Shown one piece after another: positions 37,927-53,000 of a DNA stretch of 64,000 nucleotides. The stretch is from Octopus sinensis (lineage: Eukaryota). The stretch spans positions 20,460,001 through 20,524,000 of the forward strand of contig NC_043012.1 of NCBI RefSeq assembly GCF_006345805.1. Reading direction: 5' to 3'. The notes under the pieces were generated by a model. That model did no database searches. It was not told the origin of the DNA and saw only the letters and a program-made list of their open reading frames with translations. The position numbers were made by a program, and so were the translations under genes. How positions within the stretch are numbered: the first letter of the stretch is position 1; the number at the start of each line of letters is the position of its first letter.

Positions 37927-38216
37927 TTACATATATGATACGTAGACACTAATGTGTATACATATGTACGTTGCATGTACACACAAACACATATACACGC
38001 ATACACTCACACGCACGCACACATATACTGATATACTGCATTACAATAAATATATATGAATGCAATCGTACTGTCACAATCACATTCCATCATTCAAAAA
38101 CATATGCATAAATGCTGTTCATGTTATGTGCATACAAATATATGCCAGTATGGCATATATGCATGCATGCATACATACATCGCGTACATACATACATACA
38201 TACATACATACATACA

Positions 38217-38250
<34 letters not shown>

Positions 38251-38474
38251 GATAGATACATACATATATACATACATATATACATACATATATACATACA
38301 TACATACATACATAAAATATCTGTAAAACTTTCCAGAAGTTTATCGTTTACATATATATATATGAATATGTCTATATATGGAACTAATGCATGAGAAAAC
38401 ATGCAAATCTCCTAATATACATACATGCATATATATACACATATGTATATATATATGTAAACATATACACACAC

Positions 38475-38526
<52 letters not shown>

Positions 38527-38542
38527 GTATATATATATATAT

Positions 38543-40790
38543 GATGGCTGCCCCTCGTTATCGAGTATGACCATTGTACAAGACTTAACTGTTATCGGTG
38601 GTGCTGTGATCGAATGTGACTTTTTAGCCCAGCTAAGGGATCTACAATATCTTGTACAAAACTGTCAGCTAAAACCTTTACCGGTAATAGCCGGCTGCAG
38701 TTGCAACTGGGAATCATGTACCTTTGCTTGTCGTTGATGTCCTCTCGCCGAATTACACTCCCTTCTACATACCTAAACCGATATGATTAGTATGGTGTGT
38801 AACACCACTACCAGTGGTTGTCAATCATCTGTCTCGCTTCATGACTATGAAGATGACTCTTGAGTCCAGCTTTCCTGGGGCAGGGTCTTGCACAAACACT
38901 GCATGTCTGCATCATAGGAATGCCCTTACCATCTGGAAGTGCAACAGCGATGCTCTTCCTGATCTTCCTCCTTACTTGTTCATGCGCAACTCGAGATTCT
39001 TCAAAAGTAGCTGTCCCCTCCTTCACAATCCTTCTGCACCTGCTACGGTGAATAGCTATGCCATCCCATGTGTCAGGAGACATGCAAGCATCTCTGAAGA
39101 ATGCCTTCAGCAAGTCTATATACCTCTTTTTCGGTTTATGTGGAGGTCATTCTCCTTTAGCTAATTCACCATAAAAGAGTTGTTTTGGCAACCTTGAATC
39201 CTTCATCCTGACCAGATGATCACTCAAACAGAGACTTTGCTTTAACACAAGAGCTTCTATACTTTCACACCGAGAGCTTTCCAATATTTCAAGATCACTA
39301 CTGCGGTCCTCCTACTTAATGCCATAGATCCATCTGAGATACATCCGATGGAAACGTTCCAGTTGTTTAAGGTGGTAGCGTTATGTGACCCACGTCTCGC
39401 AGTCATAAAGAAGAGAAGAGAGCACACATGCCTTGTATACCTCTATCTTTGTCTTCTAGCATATGTCTCGTCGACTCCAGAGGTGCCTTTCTAGCCTTCC
39501 GAAAGTATCATTTGCTTTCCCAATTCTCTATGGAATTTCATTATCCAAATTGCTATATCTATTAACAGTGCTTCCCAGGTAGACAAACTGATCAAATACA
39601 TCAAGTTCTTTTGCCATACACATAGATATTTGGTTCACTATACTGCTTACCAGGGGCAGGTTGGTACATGACAACAGTTTTCTTGAGATTGACTGTCAAT
39701 CCTAAGACAGTGCAAGCATCCGAGAATGCATTCAAAACATGTTGCATATCAATCTCTGTGTGCGCTACTAGACCACAATTATCTGCTCACAAAATGTCTC
39801 TTATAATAGAGGTAAATACCTTTGTTTTTGCAGCAAAGCGCCTGACATTTAATATGTTGTCAGAGGTTCGATAATGGATGTAAACATCATATCTGCAGTT
39901 TATGAATGCAATACATAAAACCATCGCAAAAAATATATATATAGCAAGAATATCCTCCTGGTTCACTTCATTTTGTATTGAGATAGGCTCTGCTATTTTC
40001 CCTCTAGCATTAACCCTACCCTTCATGTCTTCATAAAGAGACCTAACCAAAGCAAGGAACTTTTCAGGACACCCAAGTTTCTGGAGGACTTTCCACACTG
40101 CATTTTTATTAACGGTATCAAAGGCTTTTGTCAGATTGACAAATACCTGATATAAAACCAGACCGTGTTCCACACACTTCTCCTGAAGCTGTCCAGCTGA
40201 AAATGTTACATCAGCAGTGCCGCGTCCCGCACGAAAGCCAGATTGACTTTTTGGAAGAACACAATCCGCAACGTGTTTCAGCAGACGATCCAGAAGTACC
40301 CTGCATAAAATCTTACCTTCGACAGAAAGCAATGATATTGCCCCAGAGTTACCACAATCATCTCTGTTGCGCTTTTCCTTATATAAGGCCACCATTACTG
40401 TATCTCTCCAGTCCTCAGGTACAGATTCATTAGCCCACATCCTACCAAACAAACAGTGAAGTTGCTGCAGAAGTTTCTCACCAACTCTGCATGTATGCCA
40501 TCTATACTCGGTGACTTCCCATTATTCATCCTTGAGACAGCCACTGCAACTTCTTCCAACTTTTGGGGTTCTGCGGGAGACACCTTCACAGGTAATCCAG
40601 GGTTGAGATTGAGAACATCCTCACTAACTACAGACTGGTGATTCTATCAAAGTGTTCATCAAAGTGTTCTCGCCACCTTCACAGAATTCCTTGTGAATCA
40701 CGAAGACGTTCCTTACCATCCCTGCTTCGAAGTGGTGTCATCAGAGAAGTCGGTCCATAAACTTCTCGCAAGAGACCACACAATTTTTGA
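38543..40790 (-). mobile_element. RTE-clade (BovB-like) LINE, 5'-truncated, decayed
   Basis: RT motifs VPEDWRD..VALYK.K....CGN..ISLLSVEGKILCRVLL.RL, QSGFRAGRGTAD, FVNLTKAFDTV; C-terminal CSVCARPCPRKAGLKSHLHSH; 3' tail ATGGTCATACTCGATAACGAGGGGCAGCC. Confidence 0.92.
39787..40452 (-). pseudogene. RTE reverse transcriptase fragment
   Basis: 221-aa ORF with RT subdomains 0-4; flanking frames disrupted. Confidence 0.9.
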
Positions 40791-40814
40791 AAATTTTCAT
40801 ACATATATATACAT

Positions 40815-40960
40815 ATGTCACTTAGCGGTTCGGCAAAAGAGACCGATAGAATAAGTACTGGGCTTACAAAAGAATAAGTCCCGGGGTCGAGTGTTCGATT
40901 AAAGGCGCTGCTCCAGCATGGCCACAGTCAAATGACTGAAACAAGTAAAAGAATAAAAGA
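40815..40960 (+). mobile_element. SINE family 1, 3' half
   Basis: GTCACTTAGCGGTTCGGCAAAAGAGACCGATAGAATAAGTACTG...CCAGCATGGCCACAGTCAAATGACTGAAAC. Confidence 0.85.
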
Positions 40961-41018
40961 GAGAGAGAGTATATAATACATTATATAGCTTTACAGAAAC
41001 ATAAATATATAGATAGAT

Positions 41019-41109
<91 letters not shown>

Positions 41110-41869
41110 TTGCCGCACCTCTGTGTGAATAACAAGCCGATTGCCTTTCGTCACAATGAATGTATATTTCAGTGATATACTTTAAACCAAACAAACTGTA
41201 ACCAGTACCACAATAGATTCAGGAAGCATATAAATATGCTAGACGTTAATCTACTTGCACATTTATAATATGATATTTTACGTTTTCACTAAACATTCAA
41301 CAATAACTTAGTTGAAATCAATTTGTTATGAATAGGAGCGCATTTTCTTCATTGCTACTATAAAAACTCATTTTAGTAGACATCCAAAGCACATTATAAC
41401 CTGTGTATTATGTCAATGAACTAATTTCTATATGTTATAGAATATTATATACTTCATAATTTATATTGTGAGGTTTGCTATATAAGTATGAATACAACAA
41501 ATGTCAAACATGAGCCTTGTAGCTGTAGGCTTATTTCATCATTATCCCAGGGACAAATCTTCAAAGGCCTCAAATTGTGGACTAAATTATATTAAATACA
41601 ATATTATAAATTACTTAAATGAATCAATGTAAACGATGTCAAAATTTAACTCCCACGGTATTAAATCTGAACATTAAAGCGAATGGCACTTTTCTTTCCA
41701 TGCTATTCTCAAAATATTTTTATTATAGAAATAACAGCTGGTCAATCAATATTTAGATGTTAGCGAATATGTATAATCTGTGCCAAGTTTCATTAACTCA
41801 AGCAATATAATAACTTCTTATGGATACATTAAGAGACACATTAACAAGTAACTCTAATATTCCATTGAA

Positions 41870-42090
41870 ATTTAGGGCAGCGTCCTGGTAGAATCGTTCA
41901 CATGCCGTATTTCGTCTGCCGTTACGTTCCAAGTTCAAATTCCGCCGAGGTCGACTTTGCCTTTCATCCTTCCGGGGTCGATAACTTAAGTACCAGTTAC
42001 GCACTGGGGTCGATGTAATCGACTTAAACCGTTTTTCTGTCCTTGTTTGTCTCCTCTGTGTTTAGCCCCTTGTGGGTAGTAAAGAAATAT
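41870..42090 (+). mobile_element. SINE family 2
   Basis: B-box-like AGTTCAAATTCC and core GCCTTTCATCCTTCCGGGGTCGATAACTTAAGTACCAG; from memory this resembles MetaSINE-type central domains, not verified. Confidence 0.85.
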
Positions 42091-42464
42091 ATATTTGTTC
42101 GTCATTATAATGAGTCTAATAATCTACTGCCCACGTTACTGTAATAGAGAATAAATAAAATATTTTGTAATATATTATGAAACATTTCTAAAACTTATTT
42201 ATTGAAATATTGGGAAAATATATTTCCCCGATTTAGCTACAAAGCCTATTTGTGTTATATGCTACTTATATGAATGCATTTTGTGAACCTAAATGTAGAT
42301 AATAACTGATGGATAACTTTTATAACAATTTATATTATTATATGAACACTGGTAACTTACAAACAGTCCAGAATTTGTTTTCACTTGAACGTCTGGGTTT
42401 TAGAGTTTTCGAATCAGGAGATTTATTCCCTCACTCAAGAATTCCTACTGTATAATATAATATA

Positions 42465-42539
<75 letters not shown>

Positions 42540-42820
42540 ATGTATGTATGTATGTATGTGTATGTATGTATGTATGTAGTATGTATGTATGTATGCATGT
42601 ATCTATGCATGTATATGTGTTTGTATGTATGTATATATATACTCAAAATTCTAGTTCATACTCAAGATGTTCATTCATTCTAACAAATAATTGGGATTTT
42701 GTATAAAACCGCTTTCTCTGCCGTCTTATAGATAGCGAATACTTATTTCCGTAAAATAGAAATTATCAAAATTGGAAGTAGGTATTTCAAAAATTTTCCT
42801 AATTTCCAATCCTAATTCTC

Positions 42821-43095
42821 ATAATTCAACCATTTCTTAATATTCTTCTGAAAAATAAGAATGTATTCCAAAACTTTCATAATTTATATTGCCATGTTAT
42901 AATTCAAACCTTTCTTAATATTCTTCTGACAAAAAAGAAATATATATGCATTGGAAACTCGTATTTTCAATTGATTTCTATTATATTATCCATCCATTTC
43001 TTAATATTCTACTGTAAGATGGGAATATATTTTGAATATTCCATAACCTCGATTCCTTTCTGATATAATTCATCCATTTCTTAATATTCTCTTGA
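42821..43095. repeat. Degenerate ~80-bp tandem repeat (4 units)
   Basis: Invariant TTTCTTAATATTCT at 42833, 42911, 42997 and 43077 (periods 78, 86, 80). Confidence 0.75.
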
Positions 43096-46000
43096 TATAA
43101 AGTAATGTATCTGAAACGTTCAACATTTTAGATGGCATATGCTTAGAAATATTTATTTCTTAGGTATGTTTCTACAACTTTGGGAATATATTGGCAAACG
43201 AAATATATATATAAATACTTAAACCTATAGTCATGCCGAAACGTTATCTAAAAAACAGGTGGGGGTGTCTTTTTTAAAATTTATTTTGTATTGACAAGAA
43301 TGCACCACTGATTAATTCGAAAAATGACAACGAGCAATATATAGCTCTTATTTCTTCTATGATTACAGATCAACTTCATTCTTATATTGAAAATTTAAAT
43401 ATTAGCAATTTATAAATTGATTCTGAATGAAAATGGGATGTAAATTCACCTCATTGAGGTATACACAGCCTGTATGAATATTAAAAGTTCCTCTACGCCA
43501 GTAATCGTCACTGGAGTCGTTAGTATCATAGTCCTAAGCTACATCATCGACGTACGACAAATTTCACTATCATTTTCAACATTATGTCAAAGATGAAGCA
43601 AAAATTAAAACTAACTAATATGAATAATTTTGCGAAATTATATTTTCTTCGCAAGCCAATTCTTTACTTTCTTATACAAATATTTTTGGCGTGTATATTG
43701 TCGAAAATACTTCCTGTCAGCTGCTAATAACATATATAACTATATATATTTATTTATGAAATTACTACTTAAATATGTATAACTACACATAAAATATAAA
43801 TTATAAAACATAAATGGTTTGTAATTATATGTATTTGAAAAGTTCATGAGATATTGTCAGAAGATGTAGTCATATATGTATGTAGGTACGTACTTGCGTA
43901 TGTGTATATGAAATAAGGACGTACTTATGTTAAGTAGGTTGGTGTGTGGGTAGGCAGGTAGGTAGGTAGGTAGGTAGGTAGATAGATTTTCACCAGAGAG
44001 CACTGTAAATAAGTATACATTACATGTAGACGAGTGTTTGAGTGCCTGTATGTGTGCTTACACATCTCTCTCACTCTCTCTCTCTCTCTTTATATATATA
44101 TATATATATATGTACGTACATACATACAAATATATATATATATATATATATAGGTGTGTGTGTGTATGTATGTATGTATGTATGTATGTGTGTGTGTATG
44201 CATGTATGTATGTATGTATGTATGTATGTATGTATGTATGTATGTATGTACGTATGTATGTATGTATGCATGTATGTATGTATAATCAGTTGTGAAAATA
44301 TTCTGTGCGTTAATACATTTTAAGAGCTCTTCTGAAAATAATGAGTCATTAAATGCCTTTATTCAATGCAATAATCTCATTTAATATCATTATGTGTATA
44401 AAAGGTGAAGAATTTTCACAATTTATTATTATTATATAAAGATCTAATAAGGTTTGTTTTAAAGAAATGCAATTACGTTGTTTTTATTTACTTATGTGGC
44501 ATTCACTGAATATAATTCATATAATGATAAACTAATTACACTATAACAGCTTAATATGCTTAGACATTCAATTTGCTTTTCCAAATAATATCTACAATGT
44601 TGCTATTCTGATTTCGCCATTCGTGTTTAACTTGATAGCGGTAACGGTAATAGTGATATTGATATTGTTTAACCCCAGGACAATTTTAATTGAGTAAATC
44701 TTTCATGAGAGTCGTTCTTGTGGATACTATTCCATTATAATTCTTCTCCAATTATAATGCATTTAACTTCTGCATTTCAGCTGATCTAAAATGCCATTAC
44801 TATTAAAGACTGTAGTGTGACTTTTTTAGGGTGATTTGGCTGCTAATTCGAGCGGGTCAAGTGCCCACTTAGAGTTCCTTCATATGCAATGATGCAAAAT
44901 GGTTTTCGAACATTGTGCTCGTGGATAGTATAACGTATTACCTCACATGCATTATAATTCTTATATTGTTTTCCTTTATACTGCTGAAAATCTTAACTGG
45001 TAAACAATTCCAGAATGTTCCGATGAGGGACGGAACATCTGTGTGATCGTTGCACCATCATGAAAAGTAAGTACACACTAGATCCTAGTTGCACTATACC
45101 TAAAGAAAAGATAAACACGGGCACGCTTGATGGATGAGTGACATGCGTAAACAAGCAACCACAACGTTTCGACCAAAAAAAATAAATTTATCCCTACCAG
45201 AAATAATTACAATTTTCTATAAGCTTAACAGGAGGTTCATTCTTGTCAGATGCTCAATCGCAATGCTTACTAAGAAAGTTATCTTTGAAAAGAAATATCA
45301 ATTCCTGTCACTATCATGTGTTTCTCCTCTACACTTTTTCTACTATACTGTTATGTCGCACGTTCGGATAACTTCAACTCTACTCTGCTCTACTCAACTA
45401 TTCGACTCTCTGCTCTGTTCTAGTCTTCCACTGCTACTCTACGACGTCTAGACATCTCCCTCTACATCTACGTATTGGGCTAGTCTACTTCATTGTCTGG
45501 GGGAGTCGACACAACATATATAAAGACATACTTGCTGTTACTTCCAACGATACCATTCCCATGTAGATGGTACGACCTTTAATTCCTTCAAAAACTTTAG
45601 TATCTTGAACATTAGTTACGATTAGTGTTCACAGACAAACCTAGTTGGCACTGAGTTCGTTAACCATAACTTGAGAAACTTCTCTCAATGTTGTACCCGC
45701 AAAAGCATAAAATCGAGGTCACTTTATTTATCATGGAAACTCCATAGGCTCTACTAAAAATGATCAACATACAACTAGAACGGGGAAGGTTGCGTTTTTG
45801 TGATAAGACCTCCTTACTCATAATCGCCCCAGATAATTTTCCGCATTGTCATCTTTTTTCAGATTCTAACAAATACTAAATCAGTACAAAGCTGAAGTGA
45901 GATCCACGGTGAGGACTGTGCTGTTGAACATCCAAATATAAAATTCTTCTCCACTTATTCAGTTTAAGCTGCTCCCCATCGCATTCTGACTGCTATTTAG

Positions 46001-47659
46001 CACACAAAAAACTTTCTCCTCCCTCAGTTGTTTTACTCTGTTACTCGAAATAGCCTGATGCTCTAACTCAATTCAGAGACCATTGATTTTCTTCCCTTTC
46101 CATCTTTTGCTCATGTTATGCTAATATCCTATATTCACATTAACTATTACGTAGAGAGGTTTATCCTAAGAACGTCTAACCTAAGTTTCCTTCTTGACAC
46201 GTTTTTCCTGCAACTGCTTATTTGTAAATGGTGAAGAGGAATGACAGATATACAATCGTCACAATTCCCAGACTGACTGATATAGACACAGGCTCTCTTT
46301 CCAGTATAAATATTAACATAAAGGGTTAGTTTTATAAACTAACAAAGGTAACGACACTATTTTCCTTGTTAATCCTAGCGAACAAAAATATAGACAAAAA
46401 TCGTAAAAGTATCAGTAGTAAAGAAACAACATATCCTAATTTAACCAGCAACAATGATCCTCTTTTTATAATTACTGATATCAGATCTTAAATAGAACAC
46501 ACTAAAAACACTTCAGGAAAGATATCTGTTTGAATTAACATTCAAGATTAATCCATCGATCACAGAGATCTCTCTTCAATACAAGTCAATATATATTGTA
46601 TTGACTCGTGGTTCAAAAAGTTCATAAATAAAGTAAAGACTTTTACATCGTGAGAAAGTGAAAGGATATATTGACTGTAACTATGGGCTAGAAACTTTGT
46701 TGATAACGGAAAAGCTCGGAAGATGTGTGAGAAAGCTATTGTTATGGCAATATAAAGTGGGAAATATTGAAGTAAGAGAGGTCAGGCAGAGGTGATAGTT
46801 GTAGAAATTTAAGGATCATATATCAAAATAACAAATGTGGAAGCAGTGATGTTTATAAAATGAAAATGTTCGTCTACCCAAGAAAAATCAATGATTCTTT
46901 TAATATAAGTTATATGTTAAACAGACACAAATGCATGAAAATGAACATTGCTTGTTCGGACATGTGAAAGAAGAACCATGTAAGTAATGAGGTAATTTTG
47001 ATTTCCTGTCAGTCAAGTAAAATCGCGATAGCTTCTCTATCAGGCCTATATAATTCAAAGTTGTGTATACGAGATGCAATATATTCAGGTATTTCTAAAA
47101 GATATTTTCAAGCGTGTTTCCTTTATAGATACATCACTCAGAAAAGTGTCTTCTGATATGAATTGGATTTACTAACAAGATAATGATATAGCTACACCCG
47201 TAATATTTACTGATGCATATGTAATATGTCCTTCAGGAAGGTGTTATACGCTTTTATAATTCGGTTGCTCTCCATGCGGAAATTCCGTGCACATAGGATA
47301 ATGTCGTGTTATTTGGTTCAATATTATTTAGTTCAAAGGTATTTTTCTGGTCTACGTAACTGATAAAAATCGATTTTAATTTTATATATTTTGGTTTCCG
47401 AAAAATACGTTGTAAATATATTTTTATTTTTTAAAGCCTACATAGCGATATTAAATGTTGTGTGATACCATAGAATCCTTCCTACCTAAATCAGAACTTA
47501 GATTATGTATACGGGAAGACGTCAAATATAATTTTGCTCACATTGTGAGATTGTATGTATATACATAGTCGCGCGAGCAGCATGCACACGCACACACATG
47601 AGGTTTATTTTTTATAGCTGGTCAGAGAGTGAACATGAGCTTTACACTTATAAAGCACT

Positions 47660-48300
47660 TAGCTGATTAGGCGATTCGACAGATTCAGGCAGACTATTCA
47701 ACCACCATCTTAGCAATAACAAGTCCTCTTTTATGATATCGTAGGGGCGCAACATCTTGTCCCTGGCCAGCTTCTTATGAATTTTAAATGGAGATGATAT
47801 GCCATACATAATTAACTAGAGATTCCTAGACAGCAGCAAACGATATAAACTTTGCTACGCCGAAGGAGCGAAATACTGAGAAACCCGCTTGATCTGGGTA
47901 GAATTTTAAAATCCCAAAGCGAAATGTTTAGCCTGTGCCTTCATCAGAGCAATTCACTACTTTCCAACTAGGGAAATGCTACCACCTATAGACATCTTCA
48001 GCAAGGGCCATGGACATAACTCGAACTCATCTATGGGATATAACTCCACCTCGGCCAAATTTGTGGCCGTAGAGTTTCGTTCTGAGATTTTGTTTACGAA
48101 ATTAACTGACCATCACGTTTTCGTCCCTCTGGTTGTAGGGATATTATGAGCCTCCGGCCATTTGAGTCTCTAGAGTTTCCTATACGGCTGAGAGCGATAT
48201 AGATCCGAAAATGGTCACTCTCTGACCAGCCACAACAAATAGCCATCTAAATTTAACTGATGTAATGTCTTATAGTGTGCAACCTTTTCGGGTATGTGAA
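47660..48300 (+). mobile_element. Decayed PLE 3' end (GIY-YIG plus pseudo-LTR)
   Basis: LSNNKSSFMIS*GRNILSLASFL*ILNGDDMPYIIN*RFLD...KLCYAE and ILKSQSEMFSLCLHQSNSLLSN* (stop 47969-71); two stops fall where Trp is expected; hammerhead relic near the 3' end. Confidence 0.7.
48186..48232 (+). ncRNA. Hammerhead ribozyme relic lacking the CUGANGA segment
   Basis: GGCTG-AGAG-C-GAT(ATAG)ATCC-GAAA-ATGG-TC-ACTCT-CTGAC-CAGCC: stems I and II, GAAA and GUC are present but the core heptamer is absent. Confidence 0.5.
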
Positions 48301-48307
48301 CTGCTGA

Positions 48308-48386
<79 letters not shown>

Positions 48387-50029
48387 AAACATTTAGAGAC
48401 ATTTTTCTACCAGTGGCTGGTATGCATAATAAAGTCAATAGACAACATATTTATTATATAAAATTAGTGTTCACTTCTATACACAAAAACGGTAAACTTA
48501 AGAGGATACCTTGTATGATAAGAAGGGCAGTTAAAGCTCAAACCTTGGATAAGAGGAATTTTGAATGGGATGAAAAATGAAAACATTTTCGATAGTTAGC
48601 TACATACCTAGGATTCAAAATCAGTCAACTAATAAAATAATTTGCCATCCGTGTCTTCATCATCATAGGTAATATGATTAATGTATACTTGTCGAACATT
48701 CAAGACACACATATTCCATCTATCTACATTATAGTATTTCAAATCCACCACATAAGTGCAGTTATTATCGGCAATAAATAAAAATGTACCTACCGCACCA
48801 CTCGCGCACACGTTACCACTCACACACACACACAGAATTACCACCACACGCCCACACGCGGCCACTCATACACACACGCAGCTACTACCACACACACACG
48901 CTACCATACAGATAGACACTACCACACAAGCACATACATACGCATTCACATATACAGGACACTTTCACAATCTCCTGTGCCAGAAAGCACTTTCTGTTCA
49001 TTCCTTCTACTTCCAGTCACTTTAAAATTGTAACCGCACGTGATTGTTTGTGATATATTTCCTCCGTGTTGGAACTTTCTGTTTTGCTTGTTTCCGATGA
49101 AGAGCTATGCGCAAAATGTAAAACTACTACTTTTTTCCTTCTTTGAATGTTTTATTAATACATTGCTTGTGCTACATCCACACGTTCGTTTGTTTATTTT
49201 TATTTTTCTCCGTGTAATTTTAAATGGCTATATATGTATGTGTCTGTGTATGTGTGTGTGTGTGTTTGTGTGCGGGTGGTGTGTGCGTGCATGCATGCAC
49301 ATACACGTACACGTACACACACATTTACAACACACTTGATGCTTTGCCTGAATACAACACTCCATATACGTGCACGTGATGCTACAAATAAGTTATATCT
49401 TCCTTGAGTTACAGCGTACAAAGGTATAATAGATAAGGAAAACGCTGGAAAGTAAACTTCTCCCTCTATATAACACATGAAACAATGAGATAGTAATCTC
49501 ATTCGATTTTAATGCAATTCTTATAAATAATATTCTAGATGCAAAGTAAAGACAGTGAGAAAACAAAATATTTCGTTAACATTTACAATATACTATTATC
49601 ATTAAGAATATAGCGAGATCCATAACGCGTACTGGGATTACCTTTGTAATGTTCTAAATGTTTCGCACTTGAAATTTATTAAATATACGTACAATGATAC
49701 CTCACAGTACGAGTTTAATTCGTAGAAAGAACGAGCTTATCTTACGATTTACTCGTTTTGCTTATCAACGTGTCTCAATGAAATTAACTAAAATATAATT
49801 AATCCGTTCCAGCCCACCAAAACCAACTCAAAAAGTAAAATGACAATTACAAAGAAGAGAATGCAAAAGAAATATGTAAAGTGGTAATGTTTAACTGAAA
49901 TAACTTAAAGATGGGACGATTTGTGTGCCCGTACCGCCGATTTCCGCTCAACCTCAAGACAAAAATTCGCATGAGTCTCGACCAGTACAGCAAATTACTC
50001 GCACAATGAGGCACTCATACAGCGAGGTT

Positions 50030-50405
50030 CTACTGTACAGGAATAGTTTCACAATATGGTAACTTGTACAAGTATCTACGATTATTGACTCTGAAAAACT
50101 AAAGCCCTGTGAGTGGTTTTGTTAGAGGGAAACTGAAAGAATCCTGTCGTATGTACCAGTATATGTGTGTATATGTGTATGTGTGTGTATATGTGCATGC
50201 GTGTCTTTTAGACGGTGTCTATTTCCCTCAAAGCTTAGAAACGGGGCTGGTCTAATTACGTCCGCTTTAAGAAAAAGACACCTTTAAAAGAAGTGTCAGA
50301 CTTCAAGAAATATACATGGAGTTCGATTTCTTCGACTGAAGCCCTGCAATGCGGTGCACCAGCATGGTCGCTATCCAATGGCTGAAAGAAGCAATAGATA
50401 AAATA
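50030..50405 (+). mobile_element. SINE family 1-related, old
   Basis: GTGAGTGGTTTTGTTAGAGGGAAACTGAAAGAATCCTGTCG...GCGGTGCACCAGCATGGTCGC...GGCTGAAA. Confidence 0.6.
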
Positions 50406-50522
50406 CACGAATCACAGATAAGTGATTTAAATCAGAGATTCTGTATTGAAACGAAATCATTTAAAACTGGGTATTTATAATGACGAACATTTAAAACGCA
50501 CACACACGCACACACACACACT

Positions 50523-50619
<97 letters not shown>

Positions 50620-51180
50620 ATGTTATAACCACCTTTGATTTATTTTGTGAGAGTGATGAAGAAATAAAATTTCTTGTCTCGTATACCAAAGACTGGTCAG
50701 CGATAGTATTCCGCTCCAGTAGCAAAGTGAATGTAATGGTATATAAACAACATTATTTTTATATTACATTATATACTTCAGTGTTCCATGGAGCTTAACA
50801 CTTTGTAGGCAAATATATGTTTTCGTCTGGAAGTACTATATATTATAGAAGCATACTAAGCAAGTCATAACAATTTTTTCCTCATTCACTTCGCATTGTG
50901 CATTTACCGGTTTTGTTGAATACACCATGTTTTCTTTAATTCTCGTACATACACAGTTACGTATATTATACTCATCTAACAAACATCGAATGAAATGAAA
51001 GGTGTTGGTCTGGCATGCATTGTGGATTTTAGGGTCAACTGGATATGAAAGGCGCACTGCATGGATATGCCACCCTCATCCCCACTACGAAATTAATCAA
51101 ACTGAGGGAGATGTTTTTCTCTGACACAGTAATAGATCACCTGGTATATAAACATAGTATAATTCACCGTATAAAGAATG

Positions 51181-51400
51181 AAGGCGGCGAGCTGGCAGGA
51201 CATTTACAACGGAGGGCAAAATGCTTCGCAGCATTTCGTCCGTCTTTACAGTCAACTTTCAAACTCTTGTAGAGTCGCTTTTGTTTCTCATATATTCGGG
51301 GTCTATAAAATTATTACTAGTTGATGTAATTGACTTCTACCCTCGGAGGATTGAACAAGTCAATTGCTTCGAATCCAGTGCTTACCAGGTACTTATTTTG
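51181..51400 (+). mobile_element. SINE family 2, diverged
   Basis: GGCGGCGAGCTGGCAGGAC...AAATGCTTCGCAGCATTTCGTC...GATGTAATTGACT. Confidence 0.65.
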
Positions 51401-51409
51401 TGAACGGGT

Positions 51410-52365
<956 letters not shown>

Positions 52366-53000
52366 CATCGTTCCTTTTCCCCATCAACACAAATGCGATA
52401 ATTCGAAATAAAGCTGAACTACAAGACTCCTCTCGATAGCATTTTGCACGATCGCTTGTTGTTAAGTTTTTTTTTTAAAGCTCCTTAACGTATACTCTTA
52501 TCACGTGCTTCTATATGAGATAGGAATATGAAATAAATCTACCAGTCAACAAAATTCTTATCAACACTACAGCACTGATGTTTTCCATAGCAATGAATTT
52601 AAACTTGATTAGGAATGAATCCATTAAGATCACCTTTTTCTGTCCTTGGTGAACAGGTAATGCCAGAAACAATCAGTTACCTATCACAATAAACCTCAAC
52701 CTTGTTCGATTCTATACTTCGCCATTAATGGAGCTTTTCACGAATTCATGCCTTATAAAAAAATTGGATATTCATCAGAGAAACAAATGCTTTACGTTCT
52801 TCTCATTTACTATTTGAATTCATATTTTAGACAACGTATAAGTTCAATTAGCCATCACTCCCAACTTGCATAGCCTGGTAGCATGTTTCATGTTTCTTCC
52901 TAAAACATTCAGTTACACGTCAGTTCTTTTCCAGTACGACGTTAATGCTCTTGAAAATATGGTCACCGCCTTAGTAGTATTCCGATACGACTGTTTTTTT

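Noticed and set aside
38665-38667. In-frame TGA at a Cys position as selenocysteine
   Set aside because: The copy has many other stops and frameshifts and no SECIS is evident; a TGC/TGT to TGA mutation is simpler
42821-43095. CRISPR array
   Set aside because: Eukaryotic context, no cas genes, imperfect non-palindromic repeats and spacers that resemble each other
45160-46000. PLE RT motifs on the minus strand (AMGSSL at about 45980, YVDH at about 45760) and GGTCGAAACGTTG at about 45170
   Set aside because: Motif spacing (about 73 codons) is too long for PLE RT motifs B to C, frames are full of stops, and the hammerhead half lacks CUGANGA
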